64,000 nt of DNA from Proteromonas lacertae (lineage: Eukaryota), in contig NGBS01000312.1 of NCBI GenBank assembly GCA_002245135.1, positions 62,001-126,000 of the forward strand, read 5' to 3'. Below, one piece after another: positions 51,574 to 64,000 of this stretch (position 1 is the first letter of the stretch; the number at the start of each line of letters is the position of its first letter). Position numbers and translations under genes: made by a program. The notes beneath the pieces are model-generated. The model was given only the letters and a program-made list of their open reading frames with translations. It did not search any database and was not told the origin of the DNA.

Positions 51574-51966
51574 ATGTCATCGTCAGAAGAAGACCAAGAA
51601 CATTTCAACAATAATTCTAAAGATAATGAGAAATCCGAGAAAAGAAAACACAGTCATGATCAATCCACGTCAAGAAAAAAAAATCGACTGATCATAGAAG
51701 ACAGAACACTCCCTTTCTCAGATTTTGGTGAAGAGATTGATATAATCGATCCAGAACTAGAGGACATATTAAATCAAAGGTATGCGAAAAAACGAAAGAG
51801 TAGAATGATTGATGAGAGAGACAAGAAATATTTAAGACGTTATTATTTATTCAGTGAATCAGACAGTGAAGAAGAAGACATCTATAATGACTTGTATGAG
51901 TATAATCCACAACTAGTGTATATATTTCCTTTACTGAATATGGAATATACATCTTTTTGTGTGTAA
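51574..51966 (+). CDS. Hypothetical charged protein
   Basis: 130-aa ATG-initiated ORF with coding-like composition; no recognised motif. Confidence 0.45.
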   Translation: MSSSEEDQEHFNNNSKDNEKSEKRKHSHDQSTSRKKNRLIIEDRTLPFSDFGEEIDIIDPELEDILNQRYAKKRKSRMIDERDKKYLRRYYLFSESDSEEEDIYNDLYEYNPQLVYIFPLLNMEYTSFCV

Positions 51967-52129
51967 TTATAATTTATTCTTTTAATTGTTTTTGTTTTAG
52001 AATTATTATAAAATATATAGAGAGTAATTTATAAACAAAACAAAAATCCTTGATATAAAAAGTAAATTTTTAAGATTAATGTAATTTCCACTTTTTGCTA
52101 TTTAAAGTAAAAAGAACCTTTTTCACTAT

Positions 52130-53732
52130 TTACCAATCTTCAGCACCAGCAAGTGATTGTTGTGCTTTCTTAGCTCTTTGTTTAGCTTGTTCAGCTAAAT
52201 GTCTTTCAGCCTCTTTCTCCTTTCTTTTCTTCTGTTCTCTAAGTTCTTGAGCCTTAGCTAATTGGTCTTCCATTTCATTGATTTGAGCCAATTGTGGTAA
52301 ACTAGACTTCTCATCTGATAATAAATCTTGTTTCAATTTTCTACATAATGTTTGTCTCATAGCTATTCTTCTTCTTTCTTCATCACTGATAGTTGCTTTA
52401 GCTGCTGTCTTTGGAATTGGTTTCTTTAATTCTTCTTCTACTAATTCATCTCTTTCTTTCTTAAATTTCTCTAATTTTTGTGTTCTTTCTTCTTTCTTCT
52501 TCTCTAAGATCTTCTTTCTTTGTTCTAATAAGTATTTCTTTCGTTCTTCTAAAGCTTTTGCCATTAATGGATCTTCAGCTGCTTCTTTACTTTTTCCTAA
52601 GGTTTCACGGATCTTATGCATGTCATTGATTTTCTGCCTCATATTATTCACTTCTTGTTCTATTTTAGCAATAGTCTTTGGATCTTGTTTCTATTTTATA
52701 ATAATAATATATATATATATATACTGGTTTAGATGATGGCGCTGTTGATTTCTTTTCAATATTTTGAGCCATTTGTTGCAATCTGGCAGCTTCTTCTTTC
52801 ATCTTTTGTTGTTCAGCAATATTGTCAGCTTTAGCTTGTTTTGCCTTTTCTTTTTTACTTCCTTCTTCAGTCTATTAATAAAATAATAATATATTATAAT
52901 ATATATTATACTTTTGTGGCAATTTCAATCTCTCTTTGATGTTTTTCAGCATCTGCACTAGCATCTTCAGCTAATTGAGTGAGTTTATCAGCTTTCATCT
53001 TCATTCTATTCACTTCTTCATGAACTTGCTCTGGTGGAAGTGATGATAATTCATCTTCATGGAATTGTTGGATTACTTCAGACTATATTAATAAATAGTT
53101 TTATTTATACTTGAATAGCTAGATTTTGAGCTAAATTAATCTCAGCATCGGCAATATTGCAGTTTGCAACACATAATTCCTCATATTCTTCTAAACTCTT
53201 TAATAATAATGCTAATTCTTCTTCTTCTTGTTTCTTCATTTCTTCAGCAACAGCATTTGTTTCACCTCCTTCTTTAAGACAGCCTGCATCTTTTAATGCT
53301 CCTAAACACTCCAATTCTAATTCATTATTACGTTTAATCATCAAGTTCTTGAAGGCTAATATATTAGATACAGAACTTATTAAAAATAATACTCAGGAAA
53401 TCTTCCATAGCTAATAAAAACTTAAATACATCCTTTTGAACACCACTTTGATTTTTGCCTTTGTCACATGCTTCTAAGAATTGCTCTGGTGTAATACCAA
53501 GCATTGTCAAGTGTTGTTCTAACAAATCTTCAACCATAGAAGTAAATTTCTAGATGATATAAATACAGTATTATACTTGGTGAATTTCTGTCCAAGCTAA
53601 TGAATTCTCATCAGCATTATCAAAGAATATGCAATTTTCATCAATAAATTGATTAAATGGTATCTCCCAGGTCGGAGATTGAAATATGTTCATTACAGCA
53701 TCAAAGATCCAGTCATTACTACCATCAGCCAT
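52130..53732 (-). CDS. CFAP36: CFAP36/CCDC104-like protein (BART/ARL2-binding domain + coiled coil), multi-exon
   Basis: DWIFDAVMNIFQSPTWEIPFNQFIDENCIFFD, GITPEQFLEAC and LAMEDFLTFKNLMIKRNNELE. Confidence 0.78.
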
Positions 53733-53799
53733 TGTAATCAAAAAATGAAAATTCAAAAATTAAATCAAAATAAAATTGAAACGAATAATTAAAATAAAT

Positions 53800-54843
53800 A
53801 GAAGCATTTTCATTCTATTTTCTTTGGTTGATTCAAATTTTTGATTTTTCGTTACAAAATCTAACAGAACAAAGTACTAACAACATAAAATTCATTTAAC
53901 AGCATATAATTACAACAGTGGAAGTAAACATAACGAAATGTATCTATTTTTAGAGAAATGCTGAAAAGATGACAATGTTAAATAACACTATCGATATAAT
54001 AATACGATTATATATTATATATACATTACACACAGAATTATTGGGAAAATTACATGTAGCTGTGAAAGATGAAGTTATATTAGATTGATTAAACACTTCT
54101 GTCAAACAAGATATAAATTCATATCTCTCTATTGGATCTTTGATGAATTTCTTGAACACAAACCTCATACTATCTTTATATCCTGATAATTCTTTAAATC
54201 GATCATTACTTTCTATTACAGCATTGTATTGGTTTAAAATAACCATAGCAACAGCATTCTTTTTGAATACTGATGAAAAATCACAAATATGACTGTTCTG
54301 TGGGAAGATAATACTATTTGCAGCATCTATAAAGTGAATATAAAAAAACAATTAATTTTATTTTATACTTTGTAATTCTTTTTCAAGGTTTTGTTGTAGT
54401 TCCAATAGAGCAGTTAATAAGTTGACTATATCATTCACTATACTATTTTTGTCTCTCTTTTTTAGTTTACCGTGTCTCTATTACATATATACAAAATAAC
54501 ATGAAAATACTTCTAAAACATCTTGTAGTTCTTTTATTTTTTCATTGATTTTTTGAATCCTCATTTTCTCAGATTGATTGTGAATTGCTTTACGATTAGT
54601 AACGTTTTCAGGGGATGTAACTTTCATAATGAGTGCTCCACTATTACTAGACTGAAATGGACATATCATTTGTGTTATATTAGGTCTAATAGTATCAGAT
54701 AATGAGTGAACTGGCACTGGAGTAGAGACTGATAAAGAATGCGGATTTGATATTGTTTTATTATTTATTGAGCAGATTGATGTTATGTCATCGGATACTT
54801 CCTATTTATATATTTTAGTTTATGCCAAACATACTTCATTCAT
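53800..54843 (-). CDS. bHLH transcription factor with a C-terminal PAS-like domain, multi-exon (3' end approximate)
   Basis: bHLH RKAIHNQSEKMRIQKINEKIKELQDVL..DKNSIV; PAS-like FKKNAVAMVILNQYNAVIESNDRFKELSGY. Confidence 0.7.
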
Positions 54844-54921
54844 CAAAAACAGACAATACTCAAAAATACACTTCAATACACAATTCAGTGTATTTTCAAT
54901 TTATTTTCGAAACTATTACAT

Positions 54922-56619
54922 ATGGATATTACCTCATATTATGCTTTTGACTACCCATCAGAACACACATTTTCAATACCAGAACAACCATCTCTGTCCC
55001 AAGACTTGGCATATTCTGATCAAGATACAAATAAGGCTGATACATTAGGAATAAAATGCAGAGAGTTTATAAAATACTGTATTGTGAATATACAAAATGC
55101 TAAAGAAAATGAGATTCAACCACCAAAATATGCCACAGCTATAGGTATAATACTTATTTATGTGATGTATTAGGAGTAAAACGAAGGAGGTTGTATGATA
55201 TTATACAAGTACTTGAAGTAATTGGTATAGTATCAAGAAGAACAAATAGAACGTATAATTGGGAAGGAGTAGAACAGTTAAATAATACAATTACCAAAAT
55301 TAAAACACATAGAGACACTTACAATATAAGACGTCCGTTTGAAGTATAAATTAATTGATTTAGTTTATGTTTAATAGTATACAGTGACATTTTATGGTCC
55401 TCATTTAGGTTTAGAATTAATGGAGAATAAAGAACCTTATCATATATACTCAACAGTGGTTAAATCTGTAGAAAATCATACATCATCTACTCCAACAACA
55501 ACAACAACAGCAGCAACAACTCAATCAGTTACATCATCAACAACAACCACTACTACTGCTACAATTACTGCTACTACATCACCGTCTTCCAATATCAATA
55601 TCAACTGTTGTACAGATGATATAAAATATGATGATAGTAGTAATAACATAAATTCAAATAATAATAATAATAATGAAATCAATCCAATAATCGCAGATAA
55701 TAATTATTGTTTAATCCAACCAAATGATATAATAATAGCAATAAATAATAGTCCCTTAATAGGTAAATCATATGGAGAGAATTTAAATGTTTTGACCAAA
55801 TATATTGCTCCAATTAGTATTGAATTCCAACATCCACTCATATTTAATGGAAATATTTGGGGTGATAGTAGTGGAACAAAATTGCCATTATTAACTGATT
55901 TAACTAGAAGATTATTGTCGTTATTTATATATCAACCTTGTACTGAAATATTCTATTTAAAAGATATAGCGATTTTGTTTTTAAAGATGATAAATGGTGA
56001 AAGTAGTAGAACATCTTCAACTTCTGCCATTTCTACCACAAATAATAATACCATTATATCAAATATATCATCATCATCATCAACAACAACAACAACAAGA
56101 ACAACCAATATAATATCAGATGATAGTTCAATAAATCAGACAAACACCAATAAAGGAGGAACAAAAATAAAATATATCGAAACTCGTTTATATGATGTAG
56201 TAAATGTATTAAATAGTATAGGAATAATTGAGAAGTGTAATGCTAAAAAACAACGAGGTCAAAGCTTAGGAATTCGATTTACAGGTTGTCACAATATAAA
56301 TTTAAATAACAATAATGAAATATATTGTAATGAATCAAATCATATTAGATTAAAGCATAATATAGCAATGTCTCCTATTAATAATAATAATAATAATGTA
56401 AGTAGTATAATATCTACAATTCAACAACAACAATGTAATATGCCTGAAAAGAAAAGAAGAAAAGTATATTATATATAATATTTTAATGAATAATAGATTG
56501 ATCCTTGGAAATGTAAACATTGTCTTTATATAAATAAATTCACTTTTCCTGCTTGTGCGAAGTGTACAGAGAGTTGTGATAATTATGATGAATGTAAAGT
56601 AAATGAAGAAGAAATATAG
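54922..56619 (+). CDS. Atypical E2F (E2F7/8, DEL-type, two DNA-binding domains) with PDZ-like and RanBP2-type zinc-finger domains, 4 exons
   Basis: GVKRRRLYDIIQVLEVIG..YNWEG and TRLYDVVNVLNSIGII; PDZ-like GPHLGLEL..IQPNDIIIAINN; last exon WKCKHCLYINKFTFPACAKC. Confidence 0.85.
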
Positions 56620-57079
56620 AGTTAAATAGTTTTTTAAATAGTTTTTTTGTGATTTCAGTCATGTAAAGCGTATAATGAAGAATGACAAATAATTTATAAC
56701 TTCCACTTTTTATAAATCCATTCAATTCTCTCTATTATTCATCATTATATTATTTATAGATAATACTACACTTCCCATTTCGTTCTTTATCAACAAAGGA
56801 GAACAACAATTGTATAAACCAAATAATACTTTCACTCTTCCACATAAATGATTGTCACTTTTTATATCACTTCTAAACATCAATTACTATAAAATTACAT
56901 ACTTCTTTATAGAAACATATTTTATCTCACTTTTATATTTCAAATTCAGTTTCAAATAATCACATGACCAACATGATAACATCCTTATATACTCTGCTTT
57001 TCTTAATCAAGAATTAAATTTTTGAAATTTGAAAAAGAAACGAATCAATATTTTGAAACATTCCAAAATCTTTAATTTG

Positions 57080-60000
57080 ATGAATTGTTTGTTAGGAGAT
57101 ATATTATGTCGGATAATACCATATGATTGTAAAGTATTTTGTTTATTTCTATTTGTAGATAAAAGATCGAGTTGAAAAGAGTTTAAGTGAAATAGATTTA
57201 GTAGTAGAGAATGAGAGTGAAAGAAAGATGTTAAAAATCTTAAATGTAAATGAGATAAAAGAGAAGGGACTATTACAGTTTATAGAAAACCACTTGTTTT
57301 TATCAGATAGTTGTTTACCCTTCATATATCCTTTAAAAATGTATCAGTTGAATAGATGTGATGAACATATGATATTATTGCGAGATTTTTACACTATAGA
57401 TTTAGAAGAGATGATTAAAAGTAACTCCTTTTCTGTGAGTGATATATGTGTTGTTATATGTTCTTTATGTGATATAGTAATGATATTGATTGAATATAAG
57501 ATAGTAATTGGTAATTTGAAGAGTAGTAACATAGTGTATGAAGAGAAAGGTAATGAAATGAAGTTATGTGATTTATACTTGAATGATTTGAGAAAAGAAG
57601 AAGATTGGAGAGTATATGATATATGCTTTAAAAGCCCAGAAGAGTTGAATGGATTAGAATGTAATGAGAGAAGTGTGATTTGGTCAATTGGATGTATATT
57701 ATATGAAATGATTTGTAAGAAATTACCATTTAATGAAGATAATAATATCATCAAAACAATGAATAATATTGTGAGATGTAAATACAGTTTTGATGTAGAA
57801 TGTGATGATATAATGAAAGAAATAATAGAAAGAATGTTAAAAGTGAAGAGAGAAGATAGAATGAGTTTAAAAGAGTTGAAAAAAGAAATGATAAAAATGA
57901 GTGAAATATTGAGAGATGATAAGAATAATATAGTGATATGTGAAGAAAGAAAAGAAACGCTATATCATAATGATATAGAAATTCTAACACTTTTGCCAAA
58001 AGAATATTATCTTGAAAATGATAAATATGAAGACATTCGTAATAGTAATTTTATGAGATTAATAGAAATGGCACACAAAAATAAAGAATATTTCATAAGA
58101 ATAATATCGATATTATTGATAACGAAATTATACAAAGGAGATAATTCAATTGAAGGTTATCGACCATTTAGCATCCTTCATAAAAATCAACAAGGTTTTA
58201 ATGTTAATTTAGATGAACTGTTGTTTAATATTAATGTTGATGAAGATAAAGAAACAATCGTAATTGATTCGAAATGTATATGTTTATGCGATGATGGAAT
58301 TAATTATTTCCTGAGAGTATTGAGATATATTAATCCAACAAAACTGAAAATATGTATATTTTATGAATGTAAATATTTAGTTGGTGTTTATATTCCTTTC
58401 AAAAAACAGTCAATATTTGGATCATATTTTAGTCAATTGTCAAATCTGCAAAAGTTAGAAATGTTATTATGTAATCTCAACTTTTGTTTCATCCAATCAT
58501 TTGTGAAATCACTTCCTTTTATGAAGCTTACATATTTACAGCTTTCATGTATTCATTGTTTTATTTTATTATATTACAAAATAGATAATCCAATTGGTGG
58601 TGAAGGATTTAAATTGTTAATTCCATATTTGCATTTATTAGTCAGTAAAGGTAAAGGGCTTAATCTCTATAGAATGAATTTGAATGACGAATCAATTTCA
58701 TTACTTTTAAACAATAGAAATATTACTGAAGAAATTGTTTATTTAAATTTGAATGATAATATAATCAGTGATAAAGGATTGGAGTTATTTTCAAACAGTT
58801 TGAAGCAGTTTTCCTATCTAAAAAGATTGGAATTTTCAAATAATCATATAACAGACAAAGGAATAATATCCTTTTCTAAACACATATCTTGTTTAACAGA
58901 ACTGGAATGTGTAATATTATGTGGTGGTAAAATCGAATATGATGGAATTAAATCTCTATTTAATAATCTTTCCAAAAATCCAAAACTAAAAACAGTAGGA
59001 TGTAATATGTCAACAGAAAAAATACTTGAAGATATAGAAATAGTGAAATCGAATAGATTTAAAGATATAGAGTATTTGTATTTGAGTAGTATTATTTTCT
59101 ATTTTTCTATTCATTAGATAGTAATATAACATTAAAAAGTGTTGAAATACTGATTAACAATCTGTCTTCATTTCCAAATCTTAAACGAATAGATTTATAT
59201 GAAAATGTGATAGGTGATACAGGTATGAAAATATTATCTCCTCATTGCAATTTGTTGAAAGGTGAATATAATTGTTTTTTGCTTTCAAGTATTATACTTT
59301 ATTTTATCTTGAATAGAAGTAAGAATATCTTCAATTGGACTTAAGTATTTGTTAGATGGTTTAAAGAGTATTAATGAGAATGTTGCCCTTGATATAAGTG
59401 ATAATAATATTGATTCAGATGGAATAAAATATTTGGTAAATTACATAAAAGAAAAAGATAATATTAAGAAATTAGACATTCACAGTATATATTATAGTGT
59501 ATATATTTGTTAATAGGCAATCCAATAAGCAATGAAGGATTTGAACTTCTATTAGACAATTTAGATAGGTTAATAAATGACAAAGAAATGGATTTGAGTG
59601 ATATGTCATTAGATGATGAAAGTTTCATATTATTAGCTAATCAATTTGATTCAATTGAAAAATGTGATAAAATTAATCTAAATGGAAATGATGTGGGAAT
59701 AAAAGGAATGAAATACATTTGTTCCAAAACATTAGAAAAAAAGAATATCCATTTATTCAGATGAAGTGTAAATCATGGACAAATGATGAATTACAGTATT
59801 ATTTGAACTATTGTATTAAAAAGAACAGTTATTCTTGTGATTTATAAAGTATTGAATATCTATTTCTAGCTCAATAGATTTGAATATAAATGATTCTCAT
59901 ATTTCATTAATAAAAAGAATCAAATATTGTTGTTATGATTTATCAAACAACAAAATCAGCATCAAGGGTTTTAAAGATTTAACAGGTGAATATTGTAGTT

Positions 60001-60441
60001 TGATGAAAATATTTAACAATGAAATTGGAGATGAAGGTGTTGAGATTATATATAAACATTTAGATAGATTTGTTGTAGATTGTAAAACATTAAATCTCTC
60101 AAGTATTTTATGAATATAATAATTTTGTAAACTCAATAGATATTGGAATGAGTGAGAAAGGATTAAGAGTGTTAATAGAAAGACTAAAAGATTATAAACT
60201 ATTAGATGAGATAGATATATCCGGAAATGAATTAAATGAAAGAGAATTAAGATTGATGAAAGAAAATAGAGAAATATTAGAATTTATGACTGAACTAAAT
60301 ATTACAGTAAAAGAAAATATAGATCAATCAGAATTAAAATCATTTCTAGAAACATTTTCTTCAATTGGAACAATAAAATTAAATGGGATTAGTAAAGAAG
60401 TAAAGAAAGAAATTGTAGAAGATTATTTGAATGTAGAATAA
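57080..60441 (+). pseudogene. Kinase-like (degenerate) + RNI-type leucine-rich repeat protein, with 3' lesions
   Basis: IGNLKSSNI, CDLY, KSPEE and WSIGCILYEM, then LxLxxNxIxDxG repeats. There is a 1-nt frameshift in the A-run at 59746-59752 and an in-frame TAA at 59845-59847. Confidence 0.7.
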
Positions 60442-60790
60442 TTACATTATTTCATTATTGTTTTATTATTATTATTATTATTATTATTATGTGTTTGATT
60501 TTGTGTAATTGTAGAGAAAATAACAATTCTTTCAAGCTTTGTGATCAAGCTTTTTCATTTACATTAATAAACAATATCATAATCGCTTGATTAAACATCT
60601 TATTCTATAAAATTGTGTTAATCTTAAAGTTTTACATATAAAGTGAGTATTTTATATATAAGATTTCAAACATAACCAAAATCTACAATCTATTATACTG
60701 ATCACATTTCTTGATTAATATTAACAAAACAACAACAAATTCAATACACATAATTTATAATAATAGAAACAATATTGAATTTATTTTTTA

Positions 60791-61042
60791 TTAATTCAAA
60801 TAAAGAGAAGCAGCAAATACTATATCTCTTTTTATACACTTTATTGCTTCAGTGAACTTGCTTTCTAAATCATTATTTCCTATTGCATGAGAAGCATCTA
60901 TCAATTCTCTCAATAATTCTTCTTCACGACGAATACATCTAATTACGCTACCTTCATATATACTGTCATTCTTCTTACAGATTTCACTGAAAGAATCTCC
61001 TTTTGCCCAACCATATACAATCTAATAAATATGAATAACATA

Positions 61043-61084
<42 letters not shown>

Positions 61085-64000
61085 ACTACAGCTGGTTTAT
61101 ATTTATGAACATATTCTTCTAAATCTAACTCCATCTTTGCATCTATTAATACTTGTCCTAACCTTCTTGCACTATCTTCTAATCGTTTTATTACTTCCAA
61201 CATATCCTGTGGAACATGAATATTTTCATCACATTTCTCTTCAAACACCAACATACTTAATAAACCACATAATTGAGGAATTGTTAAATCGTTAAAGACA
61301 TTGTCGAATATTAATTCTGTTAATAATAATTCATCACTTGCATTGATTTCACAAGCTACTTTGCCTTTCATTAATACTACGTTCTTATCATCAATGTATT
61401 CCAAACGACGTAATACTCTTTTCATCATTTTTAATTGATCCTATAAATATATATATATATAAATTAATATATACGGTTAAAGCTAATTCTTCAGCATATT
61501 TTACTTCTAATTTCAAATTCTTTTTCTTCTCTTCAAGCTTAATTCGATTTACATAATCCTTATAATCTTTACTATTCACATCTACATCACTCATCATTCT
61601 TATTTCTTCTTCAAAATTCTTTTGATTTTCAATCAATTTACCAATTTTACTCTCATTGATTTTCAAATCTTTTACTGGATTCAATAGTGGAATATTATTA
61701 TTAAATCTCTTCTTCACTTCTTTTATCTTTTCATATGTTTGATTTCGTTTATGTACACTCTTCAAGTCTTTATCTAATTGTAATATTATTGATGATATGT
61801 TGTAAATGGTTGATAATGTTACATTGATTGCTAACATATTACCTCTTTTAGTAGGTGGACAAGGAAGTGGATTATCTTTAGTTGAATCTGGATCACACTA
61901 TATATACAACATAAATAGAAAAATTAAAAAAAAATATCATATATATACATATAATAAAACATCAACAGTATATAAGTCACATATATTGTCTGGATTATTA
62001 ACATCACTTATTGTACTTTTACTACACTGTAATACGCATCCCCAATCAAACAGATTATTTTTACTTTTAATCTCTACCAATCTTCCACAAATCAAGAACT
62101 TTATTAAATTTGGACTGCTATTGATCATTCGTCTGATTAAATTATCATTTTCTTTTATTTTTTCTGTTAAAGCATAATGTTTTCCAATATTTTTATCATC
62201 ACTAATACTAAGTTTTGATAATTCACTTTCTATTTCATGAATCTTGTTTAATAATAAAGGAGCTTTCTATAATAATAATAATAATAATATATATATATAT
62301 ATACTTGTTGTTTTTGATATTGATAAAATGAATGTTTAATAATATATTCAGGATCAGCATCTTCTACTCTCATTAAATTCAATAACATATTATATCCCAA
62401 ATAAAATGAACTATTTAATGGGTCAGCATCACCTTTCAATATACTCTTCACATCATTTGGTTCTATCTTTTCATCCAACATCTGTATAACAATACCTCTT
62501 AAATCTTTACCTCTTCTACCAGCTCTTCCACTCATTTGAATGTATTCCCCACTGGTTATTAATCTAAAATCTTTACCATCATATTTCTTTATATTTGTAA
62601 AGACTACAGTTCTTGCAGGCATATTCACACCCATTGCAAAGGTTTCTGTAGCAAATAAAACCTTTAATAATCCTTCCTGGAATAATATTTCAATTATTTC
62701 CTTCAGTATTGGCAGTAAACCACCATGATGTATACCAACTCCATTCATTAATAACGGTAACATTGAGTTCACTTGAGGTAAACGTTTATCTTCATCACTC
62801 AAGCCATCAATTGCGGCTTGATATACTTCTTTAATCATTTTTTGTTCATCTTTAGTTGTATAACAATCTTGAGCTATTACATTACCATATCCTTCACATT
62901 CTTTCTTACTAAAACTGAAAATAATCACTGGATCGTAATTCTTATCCATTATTAACTTCACTATTTGTTTTAAATTCGATTCTGTGGTTGTTTTTGATTG
63001 TTTTTTACTGTTTTTACTCATCACCTGTTCTTCTAATTCACCACTAGCCATCGTACTTACTGCTTTTTGAAAATTCTTTTCTCTAAATTTCCCAGTTTCA
63101 TCTAAGACTAAATACAATCCATTACTACCTGATGTATATATATAATGTTGCAATGGAGTAGGTCTAAACTCAGTATATAGCACATGAACCTTCTGATGGT
63201 GTGTATCTGCAATCCATCCAGCAAATTCTTTACCGTTTGGTATAGTTGCTGACAAGAAAACATACCTCACTTTATGTGGTAATAAAACAATACTTTCCTC
63301 CCATACTACTCCTCTTTCTAAATCTCTCATGTAATGGATTTCATCATAGATCACCCAAGCTACTTCTCTTAATATTTCACTACCTCTGTATAACATCGAT
63401 CGAAGAATCTCAGTTGTCATTACTAAACATGATGCATTTGGACTGATTGTTACATCTCCTGTCATTAATCCTACATCATTGAACTCTTCGTGGAGATCTC
63501 TGTATTTTTGGTTACTTAATGCTTTGATTGGTGATGTATAAATTACTCTCTGCTTATCTCTTAACGCCATTGCAATTGCATATTCTGCTACTGCTGTCTT
63601 TCCTGCTGATGTGTGAGCAGTAACTAATACTGATTCACCTTTTTCGAGAAATTCTATTGATTTTGCTTGAAATGGATCTAATGGGAAGGAATATGTTTTA
63701 GCTGGAGTTGGATTAGGTGTCCAAGAAGGCTGAACTTCTCCATCCAATGGTAATACTTCTTCATGTAGAGTAAATTTACTATCATTGCTTAATGTATCTT
63801 TTTGAGTGTTTACACTTGGAACAGCTGGTATCTCTGGCTCTATTTCATCTACTTCTGGTGTTGGTGTAGATTTAGGGCTTCTTAACTGGTTTAGATTTTT
63901 CTATTCCTTCATTATTTCGCTTTGCAGGTCTATTTATATTATTTTTATAGTACATACTTTTCGGATGTATCGCTCTGGAATACACCAAATAGATCTAAGT
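60791..64000 (-). CDS. MTR4: Exosome RNA helicase MTR4 (SKIV2L2), 5' end just beyond the window
   Basis: [42 protein letters not shown] and C-terminal [12 protein letters not shown]. Confidence 0.96.

Noticed and set aside
56722..56982. Possible ~77-aa two-exon ORF on the minus strand
   Set aside because: No recognisable domain; could arise by chance in AT-rich DNA.
1..64000. CRISPR arrays, rRNA, transposases, retroelements or viral hallmark genes
   Set aside because: None seen; the repeats present are microsatellites, protein-coding repeats or the one segmental duplication.

Overview
This is very AT-rich, gene-dense eukaryotic DNA with abundant tiny spliceosomal introns (mostly ~25-38 nt, GT..AG). 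The architecture and gene content suggest a gut-dwelling stramenopile of the Blastocystis/Proteromonas type; this is an inference, not proven. Most of the window is intron-rich housekeeping genes: V-ATPase c'', UVRAG, TRAPPC5, lipoate ligase, LSM3, importin-beta, THOC5, MCMBP, a PLK4-like kinase, NUFIP1, CFAP36-like, bHLH-PAS, an atypical E2F and MTR4, plus one tRNA-Leu(CAA). The standout is a ~13.7 kb island (9133-22857) of 13 tightly packed, almost intron-free genes/pseudogenes, plus a duplicated gene fragment. They encode predicted glycan-building and glycan-decorating enzymes: GT92-like, fucosyltransferase-like, HtrL-like, DUF3405-like and DxRD GT-A proteins, FkbM and DUF268 methyltransferase-like proteins, and an OafA-type acyltransferase. 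The island shows paralog pairs, a ~506 bp near-perfect direct repeat flanking a 6 kb block, overlapping divergent start codons and ongoing pseudogenisation, resembling a bacterial capsule/LOS locus in a eukaryote. Other notable signals are a candidate U12-type AT-AA intron, two start codons that appear to be created by splicing, a recurrent ATCAAGCT promoter motif, a signal-peptide/EEEL Fe/Mn-SOD, an E2F7/8-like protein with an inserted PDZ domain and a RanBP2 zinc finger, and a GPI-type surface protein with an internal tandem duplication. All exon structures were inferred by hand and family calls come from motif recognition only.
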